Below, piece after piece: positions 1 through 6,446 of a stretch of 10,775 nucleotides of DNA. The notes under the pieces were generated by a model. The model saw only the letters and a program-made list of their open reading frames with translations. It searched no databases and was not told the DNA's origin. How positions within the stretch are numbered: position 1 is the first letter of the stretch; each line of letters starts with the position of its first letter. The position numbers and the translations under genes are program-made. The stretch is from Myxococcales bacterium (GTDB lineage Bacteria; Myxococcota_A; UBA9042; JABWCM01; BTVJ01), in the NCBI GenBank assembly GCA_045863395.1, contig BTVJ01000146.1, positions 1-10,775 of the forward strand, in the 5' to 3' direction.

Positions 1-41
1 CGGATGTACCTCGGGTACCTCCCGGGGTTGGCCGGGGCCGA

Positions 42-57
42 GCCGCCCGAAGGCGGC
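42..57 (-). terminator. GC hairpin with cUUCGg tetraloop downstream of the HEAT gene (possible terminator or mRNA-stabilising stem)
   Basis: The minus strand reads GCCGCC-TTCG-GGCGGC, 35 bp past the stop at 93. No U-tract follows, so terminator function is uncertain. Confidence 0.4.
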
Positions 58-92
58 CTGGAGGGGCGTGCAGCTATTTGTTGCTGACCCTG

Positions 93-641
93 TCAGGGGA
101 CGGTGGGGCGCAAGGCGTCGGCGAGCGTCCGCGCCAGCTCGCGCACGTGGGGGACGGCCTCCCGTCCCTCGTGGGCGACCAGCACGTTGATCGCCTCCCG
201 GGTGCGAACCTCGGCGACTCCGCGGAGGGCGTCCTCGCGCAGCGCCGGGTCGTCCGACTCCAGGAGCCTCGTGAGCACCGGCAGCGCGGCGCCCTGGGCC
301 ACCTTCCCCAGGGAGAGCGCGGCCTTTCCGCGCAGGGTGGGGAGCGCGGCGGCATCGGAGGCGACGGACTCCAGGTAGGCGCGCACTCCCTCCGTCGGTG
401 CGTAGCGCATCCCGACCAGCGCCCGGGCGCGCGTGGAGACTCGCGCGTCCGCTCGCTGCGCCACGTCCAGGAGCGCCCGCGCCACCATCTCCGTGGGGCC
501 GGCGGCCTCCCAGTCGGCTGGCGTGGGGACATGCTCGATGCCGGCGAGCAGCGCCTCGACGCGCCCCTCGACCATCGCCTGGGTCGTCTGGGCGCTGGCG
601 GAGCCCGCCAGGAGGATCACGATGCACAAGGAGCGGAACAT
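93..641 (-). CDS. Secreted HEAT/PBS-lyase-like repeat protein (182 aa)
   Basis: This is the C-terminal part of ORF 93..1718. The likely start is ATG at 641, preceded by GGAGG (646-650). It has a Sec signal MFRSLCIVILLAGSASA|Q and HEAT-like helical repeats (STRARALVGM, TLRGKAALSLGKV, ALPVLTRLLESDDPALREDALRGVAEV, EAINVL). Confidence 0.85.
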   Translation of the reverse strand: MFRSLCIVILLAGSASAQTTQAMVEGRVEALLAGIEHVPTPADWEAAGPTEMVARALLDVAQRADARVSTRARALVGMRYAPTEGVRAYLESVASDAAALPTLRGKAALSLGKVAQGAALPVLTRLLESDDPALREDALRGVAEVRTREAINVLVAHEGREAVPHVRELARTLADALRPTVP

Positions 642-649
642 GGCGCCTC

Positions 650-2770
650 CTACTCTACGGACGGGTTGCGGAGCACGACGAAGCCCTGGTCGGGGGTCAT
701 CTTCTCGGCGCCGACGGCGGCCGCCCAGAACATCAGGTTGTCGGCGCCCTTGCCCTTGCACTCCTGGGGCGTGACGTAGCCGTCGAAGTTCTTGTCCGAC
801 GACGAGGTGCACTGGGCCGTGTCCGCCAGGGGGTCGTGGGCCGTGCCGGTCGCCTCGCTCGTGTGGAACAGCCCGAGGAAGTGCCCCGCCTCGTGGGCGA
901 TGGTCGAGGCGAGCGCAGTCGCCCCCTCGTAGTAGTCGGTCATCCCGACGGCGACCCCCGAGTGGGGACCGCCATGGACGCCGGGCGGGCCGGGGATGCC
1001 CCCCGCGATGCCCAGGATGATGTACCCGTCGTTGCCGCCCACAATCTCGCGCACGAAGAAGATGTTGACGCCGCCGGCCCTCTGCGTCGACAGGGCGAAG
1101 AGCTCGGAGAGCTCGCTCTTCGGGCCGTCGACGGAGTTGATCACGGCCAGCTTGCTCGCCGCCGCGCCCGTGATGTCGTTGTAGGTGACCTCGCCGAGCT
1201 GGATGCCCACCTGCCCGTAGATCTGCCCCACCTTCTGGATCGCCTGCTGGAAGGTGGCGTTCTTCTTGGCCCCCGCGGCGTCGAACTCGGTCAGGCCGAC
1301 GAAGTAGAGGTGCATGTCGAGGGTCCCCTGGCTCGGCACGCCGTTGGCGGTCTTCCCGACGACCCGGATGGCGGCGTTGACCTGTGGCCCGTCGGTACCG
1401 AACTGCGCCCTCCAGATGCCCGGCCCATAGAGCATCTGGGGCGTGTTGGGCACGAGCGCCACGAACACCTGGTCCGTGCCGAAGACCACGTAGCTCGACG
1501 TGTACGGGTGGAAGCCGTCGTAGATCACCTGCCCACCCGGGGCCGTCAGGTTGGCCAACGTCAGGAACTCCGTGCCCGGCGAGTCGGCGATGATCGCGAA
1601 GGAGACCACGTCGGGCGGGACCGTGAACTCGATGGTGTCGGAGCCGTAGCCGTTCATGGAGAGCGACTTGGCGACCAGGTCCTTCGTGCCGGTGGGCTGG
1701 TCCGCGAAGTCCTTGCACCGCCCGCTCGCCTGGTCACAGCTCTGCCCCCCGGTGCAGTCGGAGTTGCTCTGACAGCCGGGGATGCACCCCTTCGCGCCAG
1801 ACGAGGTGCCCTCGCACACGTAGCCATAGCGGCACCCCTCATCGGCGCTGCACGGGACCACGCACTGGTCCAGGTGACAGACGCCATTGCCGCACTGGTC
1901 GCAGGTCGTCGAGCAGTAGCCGCTCGGCCAGCCGGCGATGCAGAACCCGCTCAGGCAGTGGTCCCCGTTGGCGCAGATGGCCCCCAGCGGCTGCGGGTCG
2001 CTGGGCGGCATGCAGAAGCCCTTGGCCTTGCCGTCTTCATTGGTCTCCAGCAGCTTGCACAGGTAGCCCTGGCGGCACTGGCTGTCCGCGTCGCAGACCG
2101 TAAGGCAGAAGGGGGAGCCGGACTGGAGCTGGTAGCAGCCCGAGCCGGGCTCGCACGTGGCCAGGTGGCCACCGCAAGACGACGAGCAGTAGCCACCAGG
2201 GAAGTCCAGCAGGCACAGGCCGCTGTTGCAGTCGGCGTTGGACTTGCAGCCCGAGCCGACGATGGCCGACGCGCTCACCTTGGGTACGCAGTCGCCGCTG
2301 TTGGTGTCGCAGACGAGGCCCGTGTCGCAGTCCGCGTTGGAGCTGCAGGCCGGCAGGCACACGCCGACCCCCGTGTCCGGAAAGTACACGGAGAGGTCCG
2401 GGCGCTCCTGGCAGCGGTAGCCCTGGCGGCAGTCGCTCTTGGAGAGGCACCCGTCGAGGCAGTAGATGGCCGTGTCGGAGAGCTGGTGGCAGATGGACTC
2501 GTCGGGGCAGCCGAACTGCCCGAGCAGGGCGCAGTCCTCGGCGCAGTAGCCGCCCGTCATGCTCAGGCAGATGGGTGAGCTGACCTTCGTGCAGTCGCCG
2601 GCGCTTCCACACCCGTAGCCGATCTCTCCGGGCTTGGCCTGCCCTGGCGTGATCTTGGGCCCGCACCCGGCGCCCACGAGGGCCACCCCCAGCAGGAGCG
2701 CCACGAGCCCCACCGGAGCCTGGGAGCCCCGATGCAGGGCTCCCACCATCCGCACGTCCGCCACTTCCAT
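650..2770 (-). CDS. Cys-rich lipoprotein with C-terminal metzincin zinc metalloprotease domain (M43/pappalysin-ulilysin-like), 706 aa
   Basis: ATG at 2770 follows AAGGAG (alternative ATG at 2749). A hydrophobic stretch ends in lipobox-like LVGAG-C, then about 300 aa of Cys repeats and a beta-rich PPC-like linker. The protease domain has HEAGHFLGLFH (HExxHxxGxxH, 863-895) and a Met-turn in DNLMFW. Confidence 0.88.
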   Translation of the reverse strand: MEVADVRMVGALHRGSQAPVGLVALLLGVALVGAGCGPKITPGQAKPGEIGYGCGSAGDCTKVSSPICLSMTGGYCAEDCALLGQFGCPDESICHQLSDTAIYCLDGCLSKSDCRQGYRCQERPDLSVYFPDTGVGVCLPACSSNADCDTGLVCDTNSGDCVPKVSASAIVGSGCKSNADCNSGLCLLDFPGGYCSSSCGGHLATCEPGSGCYQLQSGSPFCLTVCDADSQCRQGYLCKLLETNEDGKAKGFCMPPSDPQPLGAICANGDHCLSGFCIAGWPSGYCSTTCDQCGNGVCHLDQCVVPCSADEGCRYGYVCEGTSSGAKGCIPGCQSNSDCTGGQSCDQASGRCKDFADQPTGTKDLVAKSLSMNGYGSDTIEFTVPPDVVSFAIIADSPGTEFLTLANLTAPGGQVIYDGFHPYTSSYVVFGTDQVFVALVPNTPQMLYGPGIWRAQFGTDGPQVNAAIRVVGKTANGVPSQGTLDMHLYFVGLTEFDAAGAKKNATFQQAIQKVGQIYGQVGIQLGEVTYNDITGAAASKLAVINSVDGPKSELSELFALSTQRAGGVNIFFVREIVGGNDGYIILGIAGGIPGPPGVHGGPHSGVAVGMTDYYEGATALASTIAHEAGHFLGLFHTSEATGTAHDPLADTAQCTSSSDKNFDGYVTPQECKGKGADNLMFWAAAVGAEKMTPDQGFVVLRNPSVE
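1715..2611 (-). repeat. Protein-level Cys-rich repeat array: 12C-4C-12C-12C-4C modules
   Basis: Three modules share G-x-x-C...C...GYC...CR[Q/Y]GYxC...GxCxP. Two short modules read CSSNADCDTGLVCDTNSGDC and CQSNSDCTGGQSCDQASGRC. Manual count gives 44 Cys. Confidence 0.85.
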
Positions 2771-2893
2771 GACCTCTCCTTCGTGCTGACCCCCGCGGCG
2801 CGGTGCCTGTACGCCACCGATCCGGAGGGTATTCACGCGGAGGCTAGCCGAGAAATGTGCGGACGTCGAGCGAAGGTCCCTGCACGACAACGC

Positions 2894-2914
2894 CGCCACG
2901 GCGTCGCCGTGGCG
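2894..2914 (-). terminator. Perfect inverted repeat just after the PilZ stop; probable terminator hairpin
   Basis: CGCCACGGCG-T-CGCCGTGGCG lies 6 bp past the TGA at 2921. The tail on the minus strand (GCGTTGTCGT) is only weakly U-rich. Confidence 0.55.
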
Positions 2915-2920
2915 AGTGGC

Positions 2921-3325
2921 TCACAGATCCTCGTCGTCGTAGAACAGGGTCTCCTGGGTCGCGATGTAGTCGTCGATCAGGGCCTCCTGCTGGGGCGTGA
3001 CGTCCAGGAAGCGCACGCCCATGCCCGCCGGGAGGCCGGGCCCCATGTCTGCCTGACGCACCCAGCGGACTTCGCAGGTCAGGCAGAACAGGGTGTCAGC
3101 GCCCGGCAGGCAGAACGTCAGCACGAACATGTCGCCGATGGGCAGGAAGGCGTGCGTCGCGATGAACAGCCCACCCGCACTGATGTTCTGCGTGAACCCG
3201 GTGAAGAACTTGTGGTCGGCCTCCGCGGTGAGCTGAAGCTCGATGTCCAGCCGGTCATGGTCGCGCCGGAAGCTCACGCTCGGGCGCGCCTCGCGGCTCG
3301 CTGTTGTCTGGGTCGTTGTCTCCAT
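2921..3325 (-). CDS. Stand-alone PilZ-domain protein, myxobacterial TIGR02266-like (134 aa); predicted c-di-GMP receptor
   Basis: This is the C-terminal part of ORF 2921..5326. ATG at 3325 follows AAAGGAGG. It carries RxxxR (RDHDR), [D/N]xSxxG (NISAGG), GLFIAT, EVRWVR and GMGVRF, and an acidic tail TLFYDDEDL. Confidence 0.92.
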   Translation of the reverse strand: METTTQTTASREARPSVSFRRDHDRLDIELQLTAEADHKFFTGFTQNISAGGLFIATHAFLPIGDMFVLTFCLPGADTLFCLTCEVRWVRQADMGPGLPAGMGVRFLDVTPQQEALIDDYIATQETLFYDDEDL

Positions 3326-3354
3326 TGTGCCTCCTTTGGACGTTCTCCCCGGCA

Positions 3355-3467
3355 TTGACAGCTCTGGGGCCCCACCGCTATCGAGTGACGGGGGGCCGAA
3401 CTTGAGTCGTGATTGCCAACCGGCAGTAGCCACCCCACACCAAGAGCAAACCGGGCTTTGACAGCTC
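3355..3467 (+). promoter_or_regulatory. Two copies of TTGACAGCTC (3355-3364, 3458-3467) in the pilZ/fliW divergent region; candidate -35 elements or regulator sites
   Basis: Exact 10-bp direct repeat 103 bp apart, each copy starting with the consensus -35 TTGACA. The downstream -10 matches are weak (TATCGA; TG-g-TTGGAT). Confidence 0.4.
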
Positions 3468-3520
3468 GGCCGTGGGTGTGGTTGGATCCGGCCGCTGTCC
3501 AAATGTCCCCGGAGGCCCTC

Positions 3521-3970
3521 ATGCAGCTCCAGACCGCAAGCTTCGGCGTCATCGACGTGGACCCGGCCGCGCTCATCGAGTTTCCGTCGGGCCTGCCCGG
3601 CTTCGAGCACTGCCGGCGCTTCAAGCTCCTGCACGAGGAGTCTGAGGCGCCCGTGGTGCACTTCCTCCAGTGCATCGACGACCCGGAGGTGACCTTCTCC
3701 GTGGCCGACCCGGCCGCGCTGGGCTTCACCTACGACATCGTGCTGACCGACGAGGAGCAGGCTGCCCTCCAGGTGGAGCGTGCCGAGGATCTTGCCCTGC
3801 TGGTGATCCTGCTGCGACGCATGGTGGAGGGAGAGCACATCCCCCTGCACGAGCTGCCGATCACGGCGAGCGTGACGTCGCCGCTCGTAATCGACACCCG
3901 CTCGCTGCGGGGCCTGCAGAAGGTCCTCCTGGGCATCGAATACAGCGTGCACGTGCGCGCGCGAGGCTGA
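3521..3970 (+). CDS. fliW: FliW-family protein (flagellin/CsrA partner-switch factor), 149 aa
   Basis: ATG at 3521 follows GGAGG (3511-3515). Family motifs: T-x-x-FG at the N-terminus, IEFPSGLPGFE, FLQCIDDPEVTFSVADP, Y-x-I-x-L-x-DEE, PLVID and GLQKVL. Confidence 0.88.
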   Translation: MQLQTASFGVIDVDPAALIEFPSGLPGFEHCRRFKLLHEESEAPVVHFLQCIDDPEVTFSVADPAALGFTYDIVLTDEEQAALQVERAEDLALLVILLRRMVEGEHIPLHELPITASVTSPLVIDTRSLRGLQKVLLGIEYSVHVRARG

Positions 3971-3973
3971 CCC

Positions 3974-6436
3974 ATGCCGTCGCGGCGCGGCCTCGGCCGA
4001 GAGCTCGGCGAGGCGCTGCTCCGGGCGGACCAGGCCCTGGACTCGGCGAGCGCGCGAATCGCCCTGTCCGCCCTGATCCTCGCGTCCCTGATGCCCCTCG
4101 GGATCATCGAGGAGCTGCGGACGGGCTTCCTGCTCGTCTTCACCCTCGAGATCACCCTCCGCCTGGGCATCTTCGCCGCACGGGGGCGCCTGCGTGGAGA
4201 GCGCAACCTCTCGGAGGCGCTCTTCATCGCCCTCGACATGGTTGCGACGTTGAGCTTCCTGCCGGTGGACACACTGGAGATGCTCGGGGTGGACACCAGC
4301 GTGCTGCGGCTCGTGCGGGCCGCGCGCATGCTGCTCCTGCTCGCCTACTGGGGCCCCACCTTCCGCGACTTCTTCCAGATCGCGCTGCGGCGGGAGCGGC
4401 TCTACCAGTTCGGCGTGATCATCGTCTTCGCGCTCATGCTGACCGCTACTGGAGCTGCCGCGCTGCGCCTGTTCGACCTGCGCCACCTGGACACGGACGG
4501 CAACGGCGTCCCGGGTGAGCCGACGGATTGGGAGCTCCCGAACGTGCTCTGGTGGGCCTTCCGCCAGGTGCAGGACCCGGGCAACCTGTCGCCGGACACT
4601 CACGACGCCGGGGTGCTCGCGGTGTCCCTGGCCCTGACCGCCGGCGGAATGCTCCTCGTGGCCTTCCTGATCGGCATCGGCGCGAACCTCGTGGAGGAGG
4701 TCTTCCGCGCAGGGCGCTATCGCCCGCTGGCCCTGCGAGACCACACGGTCATCCTCAACGCGGAGGCGGGGAGCCTCGGCGTGCTCGTCGAGATCTCCAG
4801 CTACCACCGCAAGCAGCTCTCGAAGCCGCGCATGGTCGTCGTCGGTGAGGCGAGCGAGCGGCCTGACTTCCTGAACGAGCCCCATGTCCGGCGGTTCCGC
4901 TACCTGCCCGGGCGACCGACCGACCTCCAGACCCTGGCGCGGGCGGCCGTCCGCGACGCGCGCCGGGTCGTGCTGCTGGCGGACGGCACCGGCCAGGAGG
5001 CGGACGCCGCCACGGTGACCACCACCCTCGCCGTGCTCGACGCGGGCGGGAGCGCGCAGGTCGCCGCCGAGATGAACCACCCCCACAACGCCGACCTGCT
5101 CCTCCGGACGGGACGGCGGACCATCCCCGTCCTGGCGCGCAGGTTGGCGTCGCTTGCCCTGGGGCAGGCCACGGTGTCTCCGGGGGTCGAGGCGCTGCTC
5201 GACGAGCTGCTGAGCAGCGAAGGGTCGGAGATCTACACCTGCGTCACCGGGGAGGGGCTGTGCCGGGAGCTGCCGCGTACTCTTCAAATGACGGACGGCC
5301 TCCTGCCGCACATCGCCGCCACCCACGCCGCGTCACAGGTGGTGCTCATCGGAGTGCTCGTCGAACACGAGCGGGGCGGCGTGGCGAGCATGGTGCCGCA
5401 GATCAATCCCGGCAGGCCGAGCCGGCCGAGCGGGCAGGACGTGCCCAAGACCCGCGGCCTCATCGGTGTTGCCGACCGGTTCAGGTCGCTGCGGCAGCTC
5501 GTGGAGGCGTGCCACACGTCGGGGCTCCCCGTCGCCTCGCTGGGGGGGGCGACCCAGCCGCTCGCTCGGGTGCGCACGGCGGACCATCCGCGGCGTGTGC
5601 TGGTGCTCGGCTTCCACGAGGACGCCGTCGAGGTCGTGGACCAGCTCGTGCGGCTGTGTCCTGCGGGGCTGGAGATCCGGATCCTCGTGGGGACCCCCCA
5701 CAAGCGCGAGCTGACCGTCGAGGCGCTGCGCGAGCAGCTGGGCGCGCCGGACCTCTCACTGGTGGTCGGCCCGGGGGAGCTGCGCGTCGTGCGGCCGGGA
5801 GGGGTCAGCCGGGTGCTCGTCGAGGCGCGCGACCGCCTGACGCCGGGGCTCTACCGCAACGCGCTGCTCGATGCGGAGCGGCCGGACGCGATCCTCATCC
5901 TGCGGCGGGACCGGGCCGAGCTGGATCCGGACGCGGCGACGGTCCTCGGCGTGCTGCGGCTCATGGAGGCATCCCACGACCTGACCCCCGAGGCGGCGCA
6001 GGCCCTGCCCCACGTGGTGGCGGAGCTGTACGACGCCGACAAGCTCACCCTGCTCAAGGCCCAGACCGCAGGCCACCCGCTGGGGACGCGGCTGTCGCTG
6101 ATCTGCACGGAGCGCCTGCGGCAGCGGGTGCTGGCCCAATCCTTCTTCGTGCCGGGCCTGTCCGCCCTCTACCGGGAGCTGCTGCGGGCGGGCGGCCAGG
6201 AGATCCTGACCCTCGACCCCCTCGGGACTCCCACCTTCGGCGCCCTGATGCGCAACCTGCCGGCCACCCTGGGGGCGATCCCCGTGGCGGTCGCGACCGC
6301 GGACCCAGAGGCGCCCTTCGGCCTGCGCGTGCATGTCAACCCGCCGGCGGACTTCGGGCAGGAGGAGCGCATCCTCCGCGTGTACGCTGTCGGGCCACAC
6401 ACGCTGCGGGAAGAGGCGCTGGGACAGTCTGCGTAG
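3974..6436 (+). CDS. Putative cation channel: voltage-sensor-like S1-S4 + CASTOR/POLLUX-like pore + two RCK domains (820 aa)
   Basis: Six hydrophobic segments include S2 FTLEITLR, S3 ALDMVA and S4 LRLVRAARM. The pore reads WWAFRQVQDPGNLSPD. Duplicated RCK signatures: DHTVILN / RRVLVLGF, ADAATVTTTLAV / PDAATVLGVLRL, ELLSSEGSEIY / ELLRAGGQEIL and INPG / VNPP. Confidence 0.85.
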   Translation: MPSRRGLGRELGEALLRADQALDSASARIALSALILASLMPLGIIEELRTGFLLVFTLEITLRLGIFAARGRLRGERNLSEALFIALDMVATLSFLPVDTLEMLGVDTSVLRLVRAARMLLLLAYWGPTFRDFFQIALRRERLYQFGVIIVFALMLTATGAAALRLFDLRHLDTDGNGVPGEPTDWELPNVLWWAFRQVQDPGNLSPDTHDAGVLAVSLALTAGGMLLVAFLIGIGANLVEEVFRAGRYRPLALRDHTVILNAEAGSLGVLVEISSYHRKQLSKPRMVVVGEASERPDFLNEPHVRRFRYLPGRPTDLQTLARAAVRDARRVVLLADGTGQEADAATVTTTLAVLDAGGSAQVAAEMNHPHNADLLLRTGRRTIPVLARRLASLALGQATVSPGVEALLDELLSSEGSEIYTCVTGEGLCRELPRTLQMTDGLLPHIAATHAASQVVLIGVLVEHERGGVASMVPQINPGRPSRPSGQDVPKTRGLIGVADRFRSLRQLVEACHTSGLPVASLGGATQPLARVRTADHPRRVLVLGFHEDAVEVVDQLVRLCPAGLEIRILVGTPHKRELTVEALREQLGAPDLSLVVGPGELRVVRPGGVSRVLVEARDRLTPGLYRNALLDAERPDAILILRRDRAELDPDAATVLGVLRLMEASHDLTPEAAQALPHVVAELYDADKLTLLKAQTAGHPLGTRLSLICTERLRQRVLAQSFFVPGLSALYRELLRAGGQEILTLDPLGTPTFGALMRNLPATLGAIPVAVATADPEAPFGLRVHVNPPADFGQEERILRVYAVGPHTLREEALGQSA

Positions 6437-6446
6437 ATCGCCGGAC

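Noticed and set aside
1..87. Possible 3' end of a plus-strand CDS (RMYLGYLPG...AICC*)
   Set aside because: Too short to support. The region reads equally well as intergenic, with a UUCG hairpin and SD-like GGAGG/GAGG on the minus strand that may serve a gene starting beyond the window.
642..1718. N-terminal 359 aa of ORF 93..1718
   Set aside because: It overlaps the protease gene in another frame and is Arg/Gly/His-rich shadow translation. The signal peptide and SD point to a start at 641.
398..2578. 726-aa plus-strand ORF and other long overlapping ORFs (6333..8183, 6535..7869, 8268..9587, 8924..10270)
   Set aside because: These are antisense or alternate-frame shadows typical of high-GC DNA, with no recognisable motifs, and they overlap well-supported genes.
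1715..2611. Cys-rich region as a multiheme cytochrome or Fe-S protein
   Set aside because: There are no CxxCH motifs. An exported protein with even Cys counts per module fits disulfides better.
3326..5326. 801-aa ORF 2921..5326 as a large PilZ fusion
   Set aside because: The upstream part is antisense to fliW and the channel. A strong SD marks the start at 3325.
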